Shown piece by piece: positions 1 through 13,340 of a stretch of 64,000 nt of DNA. The position numbers were made by a program, and so were the translations under genes. The stretch is from assembly GCF_006345805.1 (NCBI RefSeq), contig NC_043006.1, forward strand, positions 74,400,001 through 74,464,000, read 5' to 3'. How positions within the stretch are numbered: position 1 is the stretch's first letter; every line of letters starts with the position of its first letter. This DNA is from Octopus sinensis. Its lineage: Eukaryota. The notes under the pieces are model-generated. The model searched no databases and was not told the origin of the DNA. It saw nothing but the letters and a program-made list of their open reading frames with translations.

Positions 1-84
1 AACCATCAGATAATACCCAATCAATACTTTATTGAACCATTACACAACAGTAATGACATTATACATAATATATTACAAATATAA

Positions 85-455
85 CAAGACATATGTATGT
101 ATATATATATATATTATGTATGTATTTATGTATGTATATATTATATATATATATGTATGTGTATATATATATATATGTATATATATATGTATGTATATAT
201 ATATATGTATGTATGTATATATATTATATGTATGTATGTATATATATATATATATATATATATAGGTATGTATGTATATAATATATATGTATATATATAT
301 ATGTACATATGTATATATATGTATATATGTATATATACATATATATGTATATATACGTATTGATGTAAGTATGTATATATGCATATATATGTGTGTGTGT
401 GTGTGCGTGTGCGTGCGTATGTATGTTTGTACGCATACCTAATTACATACATACA
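85..455. repeat. Compound (TA)n/(TATG)n/(GT)n microsatellite
   Basis: Direct inspection. Confidence 0.95.
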
Positions 456-1101
456 TTAAATCGGCGAGCAGGCGAATTTGTCGCACTTGCTGTGCGGTAT
501 TCGTTCTTGTTGCCACATCAATGTGAAACCTCCTTTTGAGTGCTATAAATATATCACGATTCTCTTATAAGGTGAGGTTAATCCTTCTTCTCTTCTTCTT
601 TGTCCTTCTTCTTAACTTCTGCCTCCACCTCCACCTCCCCCGCGTTTCTTCTCCTCCCTTTGTCTCTGTTTGGAAGTAGATGTCAGTCTTTTCTCAGATT
701 ATATAATACCCTGTTAAAAATTCGAAAGAACTCAGTTGTGCTTTGACCTGAAGATCGACGTGTTTTGTCAGCTTTAACCACCCAAAGCACAACGAACGTC
801 TCAACCTTATATTTGTGATTCAATGTGTTCATAATACATCAGTTGTGTAGAAAAGAAATTTCAGATAGTAGATCAATATTTAATAGGCAGATATATTTTA
901 CATAAGTTTCCACATATAACTAAAATGAAATCCAGTTGCTAGCAAACAAGGATAATCAGTAACTGTTTAACATGTGAATAACGAATGACATTTAACATAA
1001 ATTTAGTTAAAGGTGCAAACATATCTAATTACAACAGCATATCTCTTGATCGACACTATTTTGAATAAGGCAATTTGCATTCCCAAAGTGTACTTCGAAA
1101 A

Positions 1102-1146
<45 letters not shown>

Positions 1147-1411
1147 GATAATGTAATCTAAAGATTATATAAGCTATCTTGTTATACATTGTATCAGACT
1201 TTAGTTCTTTGGTATATTTCGGTGAGATCATATCTGGTTTTGAAAGAAAGGTTAAATGACTTTTGTATGGTTAAGGGGATAGCTTCAGTTTCAGATATAA
1301 ATAGTAAATTCATAATTAAATTAATATTGGCGCATCAATACACATTCATACAAGCGCACACATATACACTCACCCACATATAAATTGCTAGATACAGACA
1401 CACACCATACA

Positions 1412-1419
1412 TTTATATA

Positions 1420-1481
<62 letters not shown>

Positions 1482-1590
1482 TTATATTTATATATATATA
1501 TTTATATATAATATATTTATATATTATATTTATATTATATATATATATTTATATATAATATATTTATATATATATATATTTATATATATA

Positions 1591-1666
<76 letters not shown>

Positions 1667-1671
1667 TATAT

Positions 1672-1704
<33 letters not shown>

Positions 1705-2021
1705 TTATATATATATTTATATATATATATATTATAATATATTTATATATTTATATTTATATTTATATATATATATTATATTATATAATATATATATATA
1801 TATAATATATATTATATTTATATATATATATTTATATATATTATATTTATATATATTATATATATATATAATATATATTATATATATATTATATATATAT
1901 ATTTATATATATATATATATAATATATATATATTATATATATTATATATATATATATATTTATATATATTTATATATATATTATATATATATATAATATA
2001 TATTATATATATATAATATAT
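1412..2021. repeat. ~600 bp degenerate (TA)n tract
   Basis: Pure A/T tract abutting the PLE left arm. Confidence 0.95.
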
Positions 2022-2080
2022 AACATTATTGGTGAATTGAAGAAATGGAGCTGAACGCAGATTGAACAGAAATCGTTTTA

Positions 2081-2169
2081 TTTCATTCTACACGTGTTTC
2101 GAAAGGCACAAATTACCAAAATCCGATTGAATAATGGGACCATATTGTGTCTTTCTCTTCAGGAAGAAA
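2081..2169 (-). ncRNA. Type-I hammerhead ribozyme motif (PLE pLTR, sense copy)
   Basis: Reverse-complement copy of the 4175-4263 motif: UUC-CUGAAGA-GAAAGACACAA...UUGUGCCUUUC-GAAAC-ACGU-GUA-GAA. Confidence 0.8.
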
Positions 2170-2761
2170 AAAGGAAATCCGTTAGAGAAACAAAAACAGA
2201 ACAGAGGCGGAGCAAAAACCAAATCGAACTATGCTCCTAAGAGCCCATGGCGAAACTGTTTATCAGTGTATGCTGAGAACCGGTGGCTGAAGAATTCTAC
2301 AGGTCAGGCATCGGTCAATCATGTGGGTGAGGGTGTATAGATGTTCTTAGTGACCGAGAATAAAGTTCTGACTATTAAGGAATATTGGTTGTTTTATAAG
2401 GGGCGAGAAAAAATCTACTTAGAGACGTGTGTGTGTGTATACTGTTCTATATATGTGTGTGTTGGCGTAGGGGTAGAAAACATTTTTTGTGTACGTGTGT
2501 GCGTTTGATCGTTCGGCTGTCAGTGGCTACTGCCGTGATAACCGTTGGGTGGCAGAAAGAAAAAAATATATATATATTATGTTTTATGTGTGTGTGTGTT
2601 CATCTAAGCCTGCCTTGTCAAGGAAACCCCCCGCTGTGTAAAAACCAAGCCCCGTTTGTCTTACAGGAGTAATTCCCCTTGCAGTGGATATCGTAGATAT
2701 CTTAAAGGCTATTTCAGAATTTGTTACCAAGGGCTATGGGTGCCGGTATTATTTATAAACG

Positions 2762-3951
2762 CTATTTAAAAGCCAGATAAGTGTAACGCCGCCAATGGGG
2801 GCATCGAAAAGCCGACTGTACGAGCCCGTTTACCATCCGGCCTCTGGCAAACAAAATATGGAAGAGTTCGGAGACACAAAGGTTGCACTGTCTTCTGCCC
2901 CTATCAAATGGGAGGGCCACCGACAAAATTGACCATTCCAGCCTGTAGCTTAAGTTCGTATCCTTCAGTCGCCATATTAGCTTACTGAGTCCCGTGGTCT
3001 GGCGCTTGTTCACGTCCCGAAAAGTTGCGTAATGATTGGAGACACGCAAAGACAATCTTGAGGATGATGCCCCTACATAAGTGAAGACATCTGAGTCCGT
3101 GTAAACCTTGCATTGGTAGACGGCGTTTTTGATCTTGGAGTTCGCCGACGTAAATCTTAATCTGCTAGGATTAGTTTCTGAAATTAGATCTGCGTTCCTG
3201 TCACTATATTCGTTCCGAGACCTGCAGCCGCTTACTACTCTATTTTCCACTACGTCACTATTAACTATAGGAATAACCCCTGATTCTCCACTATCTATCA
3301 GAGTACTGTCATTGCTAGTGCTCGTGGTGCTGCTATTGCGGGAAATGATGCTGGGGTTGCTATTGGGGCTCTCTACCCTACTCCCATTGTTACCGTCAAC
3401 CACAACACCCCTATTTATAACTATACCCCTAGTGGGTACTCCCTGGCTGGAGCTGAGATTATGTGTCACTGTACTGGCTCTCATATCATTATTACTACTA
3501 TAATTATTCCTACTGAGCATTAAACCGGGAGCGGAAGAGGCTGTGCCTCCGGAAAAAGGTGATAGGGTCTTAGTAAGTAGCCTATTATTATGGGAGGCGA
3601 TTATCTGGGCGAGGTTTTTAGTGTTGGAGAAAGCTATCCTAACTTTATGTGAGTTAACGTGGAGTAATATTTGGAATTTCTGGGGAAGTTATTGGCGATG
3701 GCTTGTCTAAACAAGAGGGGGAGGTTAGTTCTAATCTGCTTACCAAAGGGGATTACAAACCATATATGCTTATTCCTATCAGTGTGATGGGTCGGGACGC
3801 CAGCTCTCGCACTCTGGTGGGTGATTCTCGGATAAATAACGGGTCTTTGGTTAGTGTAAGACCTCCCGGACCGATAATTATCCTTGTTCGCTAAATTAAA
3901 TGCGGGAGCGACTACCCCGGCATCCGCCGCGCTCCCGTCCTTATAAAACAT
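2762..3951 (-). pseudogene. PLE ORF remnant: post-RT region, low-complexity linker and GIY-YIG endonuclease, with one frameshift near 3656
   Basis: 3951-3656 reads KHIWFVIPFGKQIRTNLPLLFRQAIANNFP (PLE motif WFNPP..TN...F...FP). A shifted frame from 3655 reads NSHKVRIAFSNTKNLAQIIASHNNRLL and runs in frame into ORF 2762..3520. That ORF contains NAVYQC..TYVG..R..H..LSKLIWRLK..W.I..PF..CNLCVSE..N..CPH, a GIY-YIG signature. No RT catalytic (Y.DD) domain is present. Confidence 0.88.
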
Positions 3952-4174
3952 CCAATATTCCTTAAATAGTCAGAACTTTATTCTCGGTCACTAAGAACAT
4001 CTATACACCCTCACCCACATAATAATTGACCGATGCCTGACCTGTAGAATTCTTCAGCCACCGGTTCTCAGCATACACTGATAAACAGTTTCGCCATGGG
4101 CTCTTAGGAGCATAGTTCGATTTGGTTTTTGCTCCGCCTCTGTTCTGTTTTTGTTTCTCTAACGGATTTCCTTT

Positions 4175-4263
4175 TTTCTTCCTGAAGAGAAAGACACAAT
4201 ATGGTCCCATTATTCAATCGGATTTTGGTAATTTGTGCCTTTCGAAACACGTGTAGAATGAAA
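4175..4263 (+). ncRNA. Type-I hammerhead ribozyme motif (inverted pLTR)
   Basis: Core CUGAAGA at 4182-4188. Stem II GAAAGACACAA/UUGUGCCUUUC pairs at 10 of 11 positions. GAAAC at 4244-4248, palindromic stem III ACACGUGU, GUA cleavage triplet at 4253-4255, stem I UUC/GAA. Confidence 0.82.
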
Positions 4264-4470
4264 TAAAACGATTTCTGTTCAATCTGCGTTCAGCTCCATT
4301 TCTTCAATTCACCAATAATGTTTTAATTTCAATTATCCGCACCAACGCACGGTTGCAACGCCAGATGGTTGTACCTCCAACCGTGCTGTTTACTGCTGTG
4401 ATTTTTGCTACTAAGGTATCGGTTAACTTTTGATTAATCTACAACAAGATTATTCATCTTTCTATTTCAC

Positions 4471-5400
<930 letters not shown>

Positions 5401-7639
5401 AGCGCAAAATTTTACATAGATCGTGTTTGAAAAGCTTATCTAGAATATAAACCAATGATTTCTAGTAATAGTCGTTGTAATCCATTAACTTTGAACAGAA
5501 CCACTGCAGGTATTATGGTTGAGCACAGATGCTGTAGATCTTTGTATTCTGCGATAGAATTAATTCTTAAATATTTAGCAAACAGCTGACATTTTGTAAG
5601 CTACCTAATTCTGTTTGCATCTATATCGTTGTTAAATGGATTATTAACATTAGCTGAGGCAGCAAATAACTGGACTGAATGTCTTGCTATATATATAGTC
5701 ATGATCCTGGGATTAAGTCAGTCTCTAATCTTTAGCAGACGCTGTAACAAGGATGTAGTCAGTTCAACAGGCTATACTTCTCATGACATGGAACAGATTG
5801 ACAAAGATGCCTTCTGCGTGGAAAACGTATTTAAATGAGGGTTAACGTACGAGACAAGAATATTTACTTAAAAAATTTATTACATCCGTAAGGAAAAGAA
5901 AAATTATTAGTATTAATGATAATTCTTATCAAATGTAGGGGGAAAACTCTGGGGTTCTCAATATGTAAAAGGTGAGAAGGAGCATACAGTAGGAAATGTA
6001 TCTGATTATATATCATACCCTGCAGCATATTCTCTGAATGGAGTGAAAAGAAATCTAAATCATTGATAATCTAAACATCATTCGTATTCTAGCAGTAGGC
6101 TTTTTTTGCTTTTAGTTGCCGTGAATATTCAGAAAAGAAACCAAAAATGTTAGAGTCGAATACTCATGCTATGATTAAATTATTCTTACATGCCAAAATT
6201 TTATTCAAATAATACTCTTTAGATAAACCAGCAAGATAAGTATTTTTCCTTCTTATGAATTACTATGCAAAATATGCCATATTCGACGCACTATACCATC
6301 AGTTCCTTAAAACATATCATTAACTTTCCATTTAATTTCTGTATTGGTCATTGACAAGATTAGAAATGACTGCACGCTCCAGCTGCACGGAATAATGTTT
6401 TATTTTTCTTCTTTTTTTCTGTTTTGTAATTAATCTTCTGTGAATATAATCTATATGCCATCTTAAAAGATTTTACTATCAGTTAATTCTTATATGATTA
6501 ATTGACAGCTGTGAAAAAAACAAAAGAAACAACCCCGTCAGAATATACCCTTATTTCATATTCCTAAATCACATCGATGTTTCAAAAATATGTTTTTATT
6601 TAATTATATAACAAGGATCGGTTAGAAGACATTGCTAAAGTAGAGTTCGATCTAACTGCAGAATTTACTTTAAACTTTGATAATATTCGGTAGCGTTAAT
6701 GTAACAGGGACAAGGAAGAAATGAATATACCGGCTCTTCTTTGCTACGATGTTTCGTAGTATTTTACATAATGAGAATTTTCCTAACACACTATTCGACT
6801 CTACCCTGTTTCTTTTAATGAAAGAGAAATTGAGAGTGGTTTCCTTTGACATCACAACACTACGACTCGATTCTAGAAGAATGCGAGGAAAAGCCTCGAC
6901 TCCAAGGGGCTTCATTTACTGACCATGGAAGGGTAAAAGGCATAAATAGTTTCGATGGAAGTTGAACACACAGAGCAAATCGCCAGAACAATAACCGTAA
7001 GACATTTGAGTTTTTCGACGCCCTTAAATAACCTGTCGATCGATTGTATTCAATTGAAATAACGATGTTACTGTTTGCTGTTTGTGGGTCTTTTCTCTCT
7101 CCTGTAAAGAAGAGATCACTAATGATGTACATGCAGTCTAAAAGTACAGTTTGTAATTCCCGAAAGAATATGTGCATGTATTTTAAAGTTATTTTTTAAT
7201 ACTTTTTTCAACAATATTCCAGTTCACGAATTCCAGCAGAGTTACTAAAGTGCAATTCTTTGCTTTGTCTGTTTCCATGTATGGATCTCTATAATTCGAT
7301 AGACTCTGAAACGGATTAAATAGTTTTGCAGACATCATTAATTTATCGTTATATGTAGTGGTAGCCATAGAATTTTACTTTCATGTAGAAAACTATACAA
7401 ATATCTATACAAGAAAAATATGATTGCTAAATCCCAGTCGACTGATAAACAGAAGTCAAATGTAATAATTACATTTCTGCTTTAATGCTAAAGTATCTTA
7501 ACGCCATTGTATTTTATTATGATAACACAAACACACATACACACTCATACACACATATATATATATACATGAATACATACATAAATATATATATATGCGT
7601 TATGCGTGTGTGTGTGTGTGTATACATAAATATATAATG

Positions 7640-8381
7640 AAAACCCGGTCTCGCGCCATTTCCGCTCTACCGGTCATTCATTACAACACGTGTCTGTGTT
7701 CGGATTGTCCTTGCACAGGGGTCATCCTAATTCCCGTCTTCGCCGTGAACAGCAACTAATCTTCTCTCTTCGCTTCTTTGCACTATGGGCTAAACTCTCT
7801 TCCTCTCTTCATCCATCTAACCGTCCTCCTCTCTCCTCTCTTCCTCTCACACCTACTTCCTCCCAACCACCTCTCCTCTCTTGTTCTGACGCGTATTTTC
7901 TCTCTTCGCTCCTTCACGCCTACCTACCTTCGCCCTTCAATGTCACCTCCACCCTCATTACCACCCCCGCCTCATCCCTACCACCACCCTCACCTTCACC
8001 CTAACCCATACCCCACCCTTGCTTCCTCCAATATCGCCTCCCTCCACACCCCCACACCCCCACACTCCAACACCACCCACACACTATCACACCACATCTT
8101 GCCACACCTCACCACACACCACCACATTACACACCACCACATCACACACCACCATACACCACAACAACCGGCACACACTAGCACTGACCACTTCCCAGCA
8201 GCCACACCAGCGCACACACTAGCACTGACATCATCCACACACCTACACATGCACTCATGCACACGTCAAGGTCACCATATGCAGACGCACGCGCACCTTC
8301 GTTTTGGGATCACCAGTACTTTATTATCTCACCTTCTTCCTAGCTCTCCTGTGTGACCCCTCTGTCCGGCATTCGCCATGA
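7640..8381 (+). mobile_element. Penelope-type GIY-YIG C-terminal fragment plus 3' UTR
   Basis: Translates across frames as ..SRHFRSTGHSLQHVSVFGLSLHRGHPNSRLRREQQLIFSL..YGLNS (PLE EN motif HF...H....RE..LI..L....GLN). A CT/CA-rich UTR follows. It ends in ctgtccggcattcgccatga, similar to the reverse complement of 4846-4869, then (TA)n. Confidence 0.75.
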
Positions 8382-10129
8382 TATATATATATATCCATAC
8401 ACACATGCAGACATACGTATGTGTGCGTGTGTTGTGCGTCTGCATGTGTTTATGTGTGTGTATGTGCCTCTGTGTGTGTGTGTGTGTATTCATGTGAGTA
8501 GGTTTGCGCTCGTGCGCATATACACACGCACATGTACATACACACACACACACACACTCAGCTATGTAAGTTTATTGATGACAAATCATTTACAAACAAG
8601 GAAACGCTAATCACCAGAAATTAACAATAACCATGATTGCACAGTAGACTAGGATTATCTCTAAGTGTATTTCTTAAATGGAATTATGCAGATAAGATCA
8701 AGATAGCGGAAAAATCTATGCTTTATCTTGTGTTTCAGGTGAAAGCTTAATTTTACGATACATAGAATTGTACTTATGTCGCGTCTCTCCTTCCCCTCCT
8801 TTTCCTTCTCCTCCTCCTTGTGAGAATAATATGGTTGTAGTGATTTATACATTTATGCGCTGTTAAAGTGCAGATATTACCAAGAATATTCTTTGTGGAT
8901 TGTTCTCTGTGGTCTTGTGTTTAAAGAATCCTAGTAGACATTAGTATTTTTCAATTAAACCGATTTCATTACTTCAGTAGAATCTTTTTTTATATATCTC
9001 GGAAAGATGGAAAGCAAAGCTACCCACGGTGAGATTTGAACTTATAACGTAAAAGACCGAAACTAATAGCTTTAATCCTGCTAATCTACTGCTATATCAT
9101 CCCTGATGGAAAGTAATTACTGACTAATTCATTATTGACCTCGGACTTACATTAATTAATAACAACATTTTAATACTAGTGATACTGTTTTATACTTGTA
9201 ATATAAAAAAATAGGCTATTATACTGAGCAAAAGAGGTGGCCAAAAAGGCAGTAGTTCCAGTGTTTTACAATATTTTCTTCGATTGTTTACATTCTGAGT
9301 TCAAAATCTGCTATGGAAAACTTCGCTTTTCATCCCTCCAGCGTTGTATAATCAACTAGTAGTCAAGAGCTGGGACCAATCTATTCGATCAAATTATTAG
9401 CCTTGTACCTAAACCAGATATACTAATTTTTCCATGAAATCAGTGAGGTACGGTTGTTTACTTCTAGGGTACGTTTAATAGATATGAATGCTCGCAAACA
9501 ACTTAGTCATCTAATATCTTAAGCAGAAAGAAAGTGTTTGAATTAACTCTTTAAGAAAAAATGTAAAGGAAAAAGAAAACAAATGTTACATGCTGCAGCG
9601 TCTTCAAAATGCTGAGCTTTGTCTACAAAACGCCCACTTGCCAGAACTGATAAGAGATCTTTTATGTGGTCGCCTGATTTGCTAGAAGTAATAAACAAAT
9701 CCTCTTTACCACAAAATATAACATGCTGCATTAAAAGAGAAATTACATTGTGGAGAATGAAGTTTTGTTGATGTATTATGCTTGATGGAGAGATAGAGTG
9801 ACCATAAAGTTGCCTTTGATCATAAGCCTATCCCACCAGGATGACCTTGGTATAAGCAGGAACAAGATTAGCTCAAACTCTCTGATTGCACTAGCATAAG
9901 AAAAGAAAAAAAAGAATATAGTCTGCACTTAATGACGTTTGAATGATTACGAATGAACTAAGACAAATATCCTCTCTACAATTACATAACACAGATTAAT
10001 CTACTGGCCCATCAATTTCCGCCATCACATCAAGAAGAGTTAATAAAGGAGCCGACAGTGCGCTTCTCGTATGGTTCAACAACAACAAAATTTAGCTATA
10101 AACTAGTTTTGAAAATTCTTCTTTTCCTC

Positions 10130-11875
10130 TCGGAAAGTAGATGTAGAGGAAGAGTGGGAGGCTTATAGAGAGGCATTAATGAGATGTGTCCCTGAGAAAT
10201 GTGGTACATGAGTGGTTGGAATGGGTGTGAGGAAAGGTAGTGAGTGGTAGAATGAGCAGGTAAGGGATGCGGTGACAGAGAAAGAAAAGTGCCTTTGAAG
10301 AGTGGTTGCAGAAAAGGGATGGAGAGGATTACGATTGCTACAGAGAAGTGAAAGGGAGAGTAAAGAGAGTGGTGAGGGTGGCGAAATGGGAACCGAATGA
10401 AAGGTTCAGGAAAATACTGAGTGAACATTTTGTAAGAAATAAAAAGATGTTTTGGAAAGAGGGTAAGAAAGGTGGTTGGAGGAAGGGAAGAAAGGATGAA
10501 GTATATAAATGGCAATTTGTTGAAAGAAAGTGAGCATGTACAAAGGAAATAGGCAGAGTATTCTAGTGAGCTATTAGGGATGGAGTATATTCTGGAGGCA
10601 AGATTAGTGGTTGTAAGAGGAAAGAGGAGAATGCCTGTTGTTGGGGGATGGAACTACTGTGCAATTGGAAGGGAGAAGGTGAAGGAATCCTTGCGGAAGA
10701 TGGCAAACTGGAAGGCGCCAGGTATAGATGGGTGTACAGTGGAATGCTTAAAGACGGGAGGAGTGACAGTGATTGAATGGTCAGTGAGGCTTATGAACGT
10801 TTATTATATGACTGGAATAGTACCAGAGGACTGGTGCAGTGCCTGTATAGTGCAAGGGGAAAGGGGATAAATGTGAGAGTAGAAATTTTAGGGGATAAGT
10901 CTGTTGTGTGAGTAACTAAGGAGACTGGTGGTAGTGTTTCGAAAAGTGTATGAGAGGAGGAAACTGAAAGTGAATGTAGCTAAGAGTAAGGTGATAAGAT
11001 GTTCGAGAGATGGCATGGCTTGTAAGATAGATGTGAGTATAAATAGTGAGATGTTAGAGAAGGAGAGTGTTTTTAAGTATTTGGAATCACATGTGACGGC
11101 GGATGGAGAGGGGAGAGGGTTGGCTGAGGAAGTGGGATATAGAGTGAGGGAGGAGAGTAAGATACTTGAAGTTGTGAAAGGTATGCTGACAGATAAAAAG
11201 TTGAGTATGAAAGCGAAAGGAGGTGTGTATGAAGGCGTGAGTGTACTGACAATGTTATATGGTGCAGAGAGTGAGGGCTGAGAGAAGCGGAAAGGAGACG
11301 ACTAGATGTGTCTGAGATGAGATGTTTGAGGGCTAAGGTTGGTGTGACACGGATGGACAGGATGAGGAATGAGGAGGTTCGAAGGCGAGCAGGAATGAGA
11401 GAAAAACAAACAACCAAACTGGATAGACGAATGTTGAGGTGGTTTGGCCACATGGAGAGTATGAATGAGGAGCGGAAGGTAAGGAAGGTGATGAAGGTAG
11501 AAGTGGTAGGCAGCAGAACCAGAAGCAGACCTCGGTTTCTGTGGATGGATGGAGTGAGGAAAGCTTAGGTGGTTAGAGGTGTTGGAGTGAGAGAAGCAAG
11601 AGAGTTTATAAATGATGGGAAAGCTTGGAGAGTGTTTGTGGACGGATGAGTGAATTTGATGTTGCTCAAAGGGGTACGGAACGAGCATGATCCGATGGGA
11701 GTAAACCAGCATATGCTGTCGGGCCCGCTGCTGATATTGGCGGTTGCTTTCTATGCCTTGTCTCGAGCATAGAACGGGGCTCACCTCTTTGAGCTGGGAA
11801 ATGAGTGGAATGCCTGGTGTGCGTCTTGTTGTGACTACCCGCTCCTAAAAATGATGGGGAATAAGCCTGGGTGTA
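10130..11875 (+). mobile_element. RTE-clade LINE, 5'-truncated with the RT core deleted
   Basis: KAPGIDG..VPEDWCSACIV..GKGDK..NFRGISLL joins directly (~10910) to LRRLVVVFRKVYERRKLKVNVAKSKV..FKYLESH, then EMRCLR..TRMDRMRNEEVR..LRWFGH..RSRPRFLWMDGV. Multiple stops and frameshifts. The 3' boundary is approximate. Confidence 0.9.
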
Positions 11876-12160
11876 TAGAAAAAAAATTATTTCTCCCTCA
11901 TTCTTTCTCTCTCTCTCCCTCTCTCCGCGCACACACACGGACGCACACAGAAACACACACATACATACACACATTTTTTTCAAATATGAAATAGAATTAA
12001 CGCTAGTAACAAATATTATCAACCACATATACTTCCTGTCAGTATATACATGTGTGTGTGCGTGAGCGCATGTGTGTGTATGTTTGTATGTATGTTGCTC
12101 CAGCATGACCACAGCCGTATGGCTAAAACAAGTAAAAGAGTAACAGATATATACATATGT

Positions 12161-12200
<40 letters not shown>

Positions 12201-12240
12201 TGTGTGTGTGGTGTGTGTGTGTGTGAGTGAGTGTGTGTGT

Positions 12241-12586
12241 ATTGTTGCGTCTGGGGAGAGTCATTCTCTTTTAGTATCTTATTATTTAACACACTCACCG
12301 GGAAAGTTTCCACTTATTTACTTATTTAATTTTCCTAAAATTTTCGTTGCCATCTTGCAAAAGTTTCATTAGTCGTTGTCTCTGAACAGACAGAGTCAAC
12401 GCCTATTGAAATTGTTGAAAGACGCAACGAAAATTTTAGGAAAATTAAATAAGTAAATGAGTGGAAACTTTCCCGGTGAGTGTGTTAAATAACAAGACAA
12501 AAAAAGGGAATGACTCTCCCGAGACACAACAAATATGCTTTAACACACCTACACACATAAAGAATCTTGCAAACCAAATTCATAAA

Positions 12587-12588
<2 letters not shown>
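12241..12588. mobile_element. Head-to-head palindrome of PLE-like tail sequence with a degenerate HHR-like centre
   Basis: Arms 12241-12350 and 12424-12533 are reverse complements. The right arm has a ~55 bp extension ending at (TA)n, and the left arm abuts (GT)n. The same family occurs at 27943-28145. Confidence 0.65.
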
Positions 12589-12671
<83 letters not shown>

Positions 12672-12978
12672 TTTGTGTGTGTGTGTCAATGCATAATGTA
12701 GCATATTAGATATTCATGTATGACTTATATAGGATAGACACATTTGTAAAAGTACGCACATACGTATGCATGGTTACAAACACAAATCTCACACACAATC
12801 GCACACGCATAAACACAAACACCCACACTCATTGACACTAACATGTCCCCATGTCCGTACTCAGGACCTCGTATTCGTGTATTTAATGTCCATATGTTAT
12901 GCTAATATTTTAAAACAATTTTTCTGACATGAAGGTGATGAGATGTTATTTGCTATAAATCCGACAATTACTTTCTGT

Positions 12979-13040
12979 CCATCTATCTATCTATCTATCT
13001 ATCTATCTATTATCTATCTATCTATATCTATCTATCTATA

Positions 13041-13075
<35 letters not shown>

Positions 13076-13130
13076 ATCTATCTATCTATCTATCTATCTA
13101 TATCTGTCTATCTATCTCTATCTATCTGTA

Positions 13131-13194
<64 letters not shown>

Positions 13195-13340
13195 GATCTA
13201 TCTATCTATATGTATCTATCCATCTATCTCTATCTATCTGTATCTATCTATCTATCTATTTCTATCTATATATCTATCTATATCTATCTATCTATCTGTG
13301 TATATCTGTCTATCTGTCTGTTTATCTCTCTGTCTATTTC
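12979..13340. repeat. (TCTA)n microsatellite
   Basis: Direct inspection. Confidence 0.95.

Noticed and set aside
32-452. Overlapping YI/HT/CV/LSIY-rich ORFs here and throughout (e.g. 12943, 17717, 31840, 38775)
   Set aside because: They are translations of microsatellites, not genes.
735-793. 11 bp stem enclosing CUGAAGA
   Set aside because: There is no GAAA box after the putative stem II, so it is not a hammerhead.
2134-2340. Duplicated 68-69 aa ORF (also 4001..4210), and the 34009/35089 pair
   Set aside because: They are by-products of the inverted repeats, antisense to the HHR strand, with no recognisable domain.
3129-3503. Leu-rich 124 aa ORF that looks membrane-like
   Set aside because: It is the antisense shadow of the Asn/Ser-rich PLE linker.
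6860-7177. 105 aa minus-strand ORF with an acceptor-like TTCTTTACAG near 7103
   Set aside because: No recognisable domain or partner exon; it cannot be supported without RNA data.
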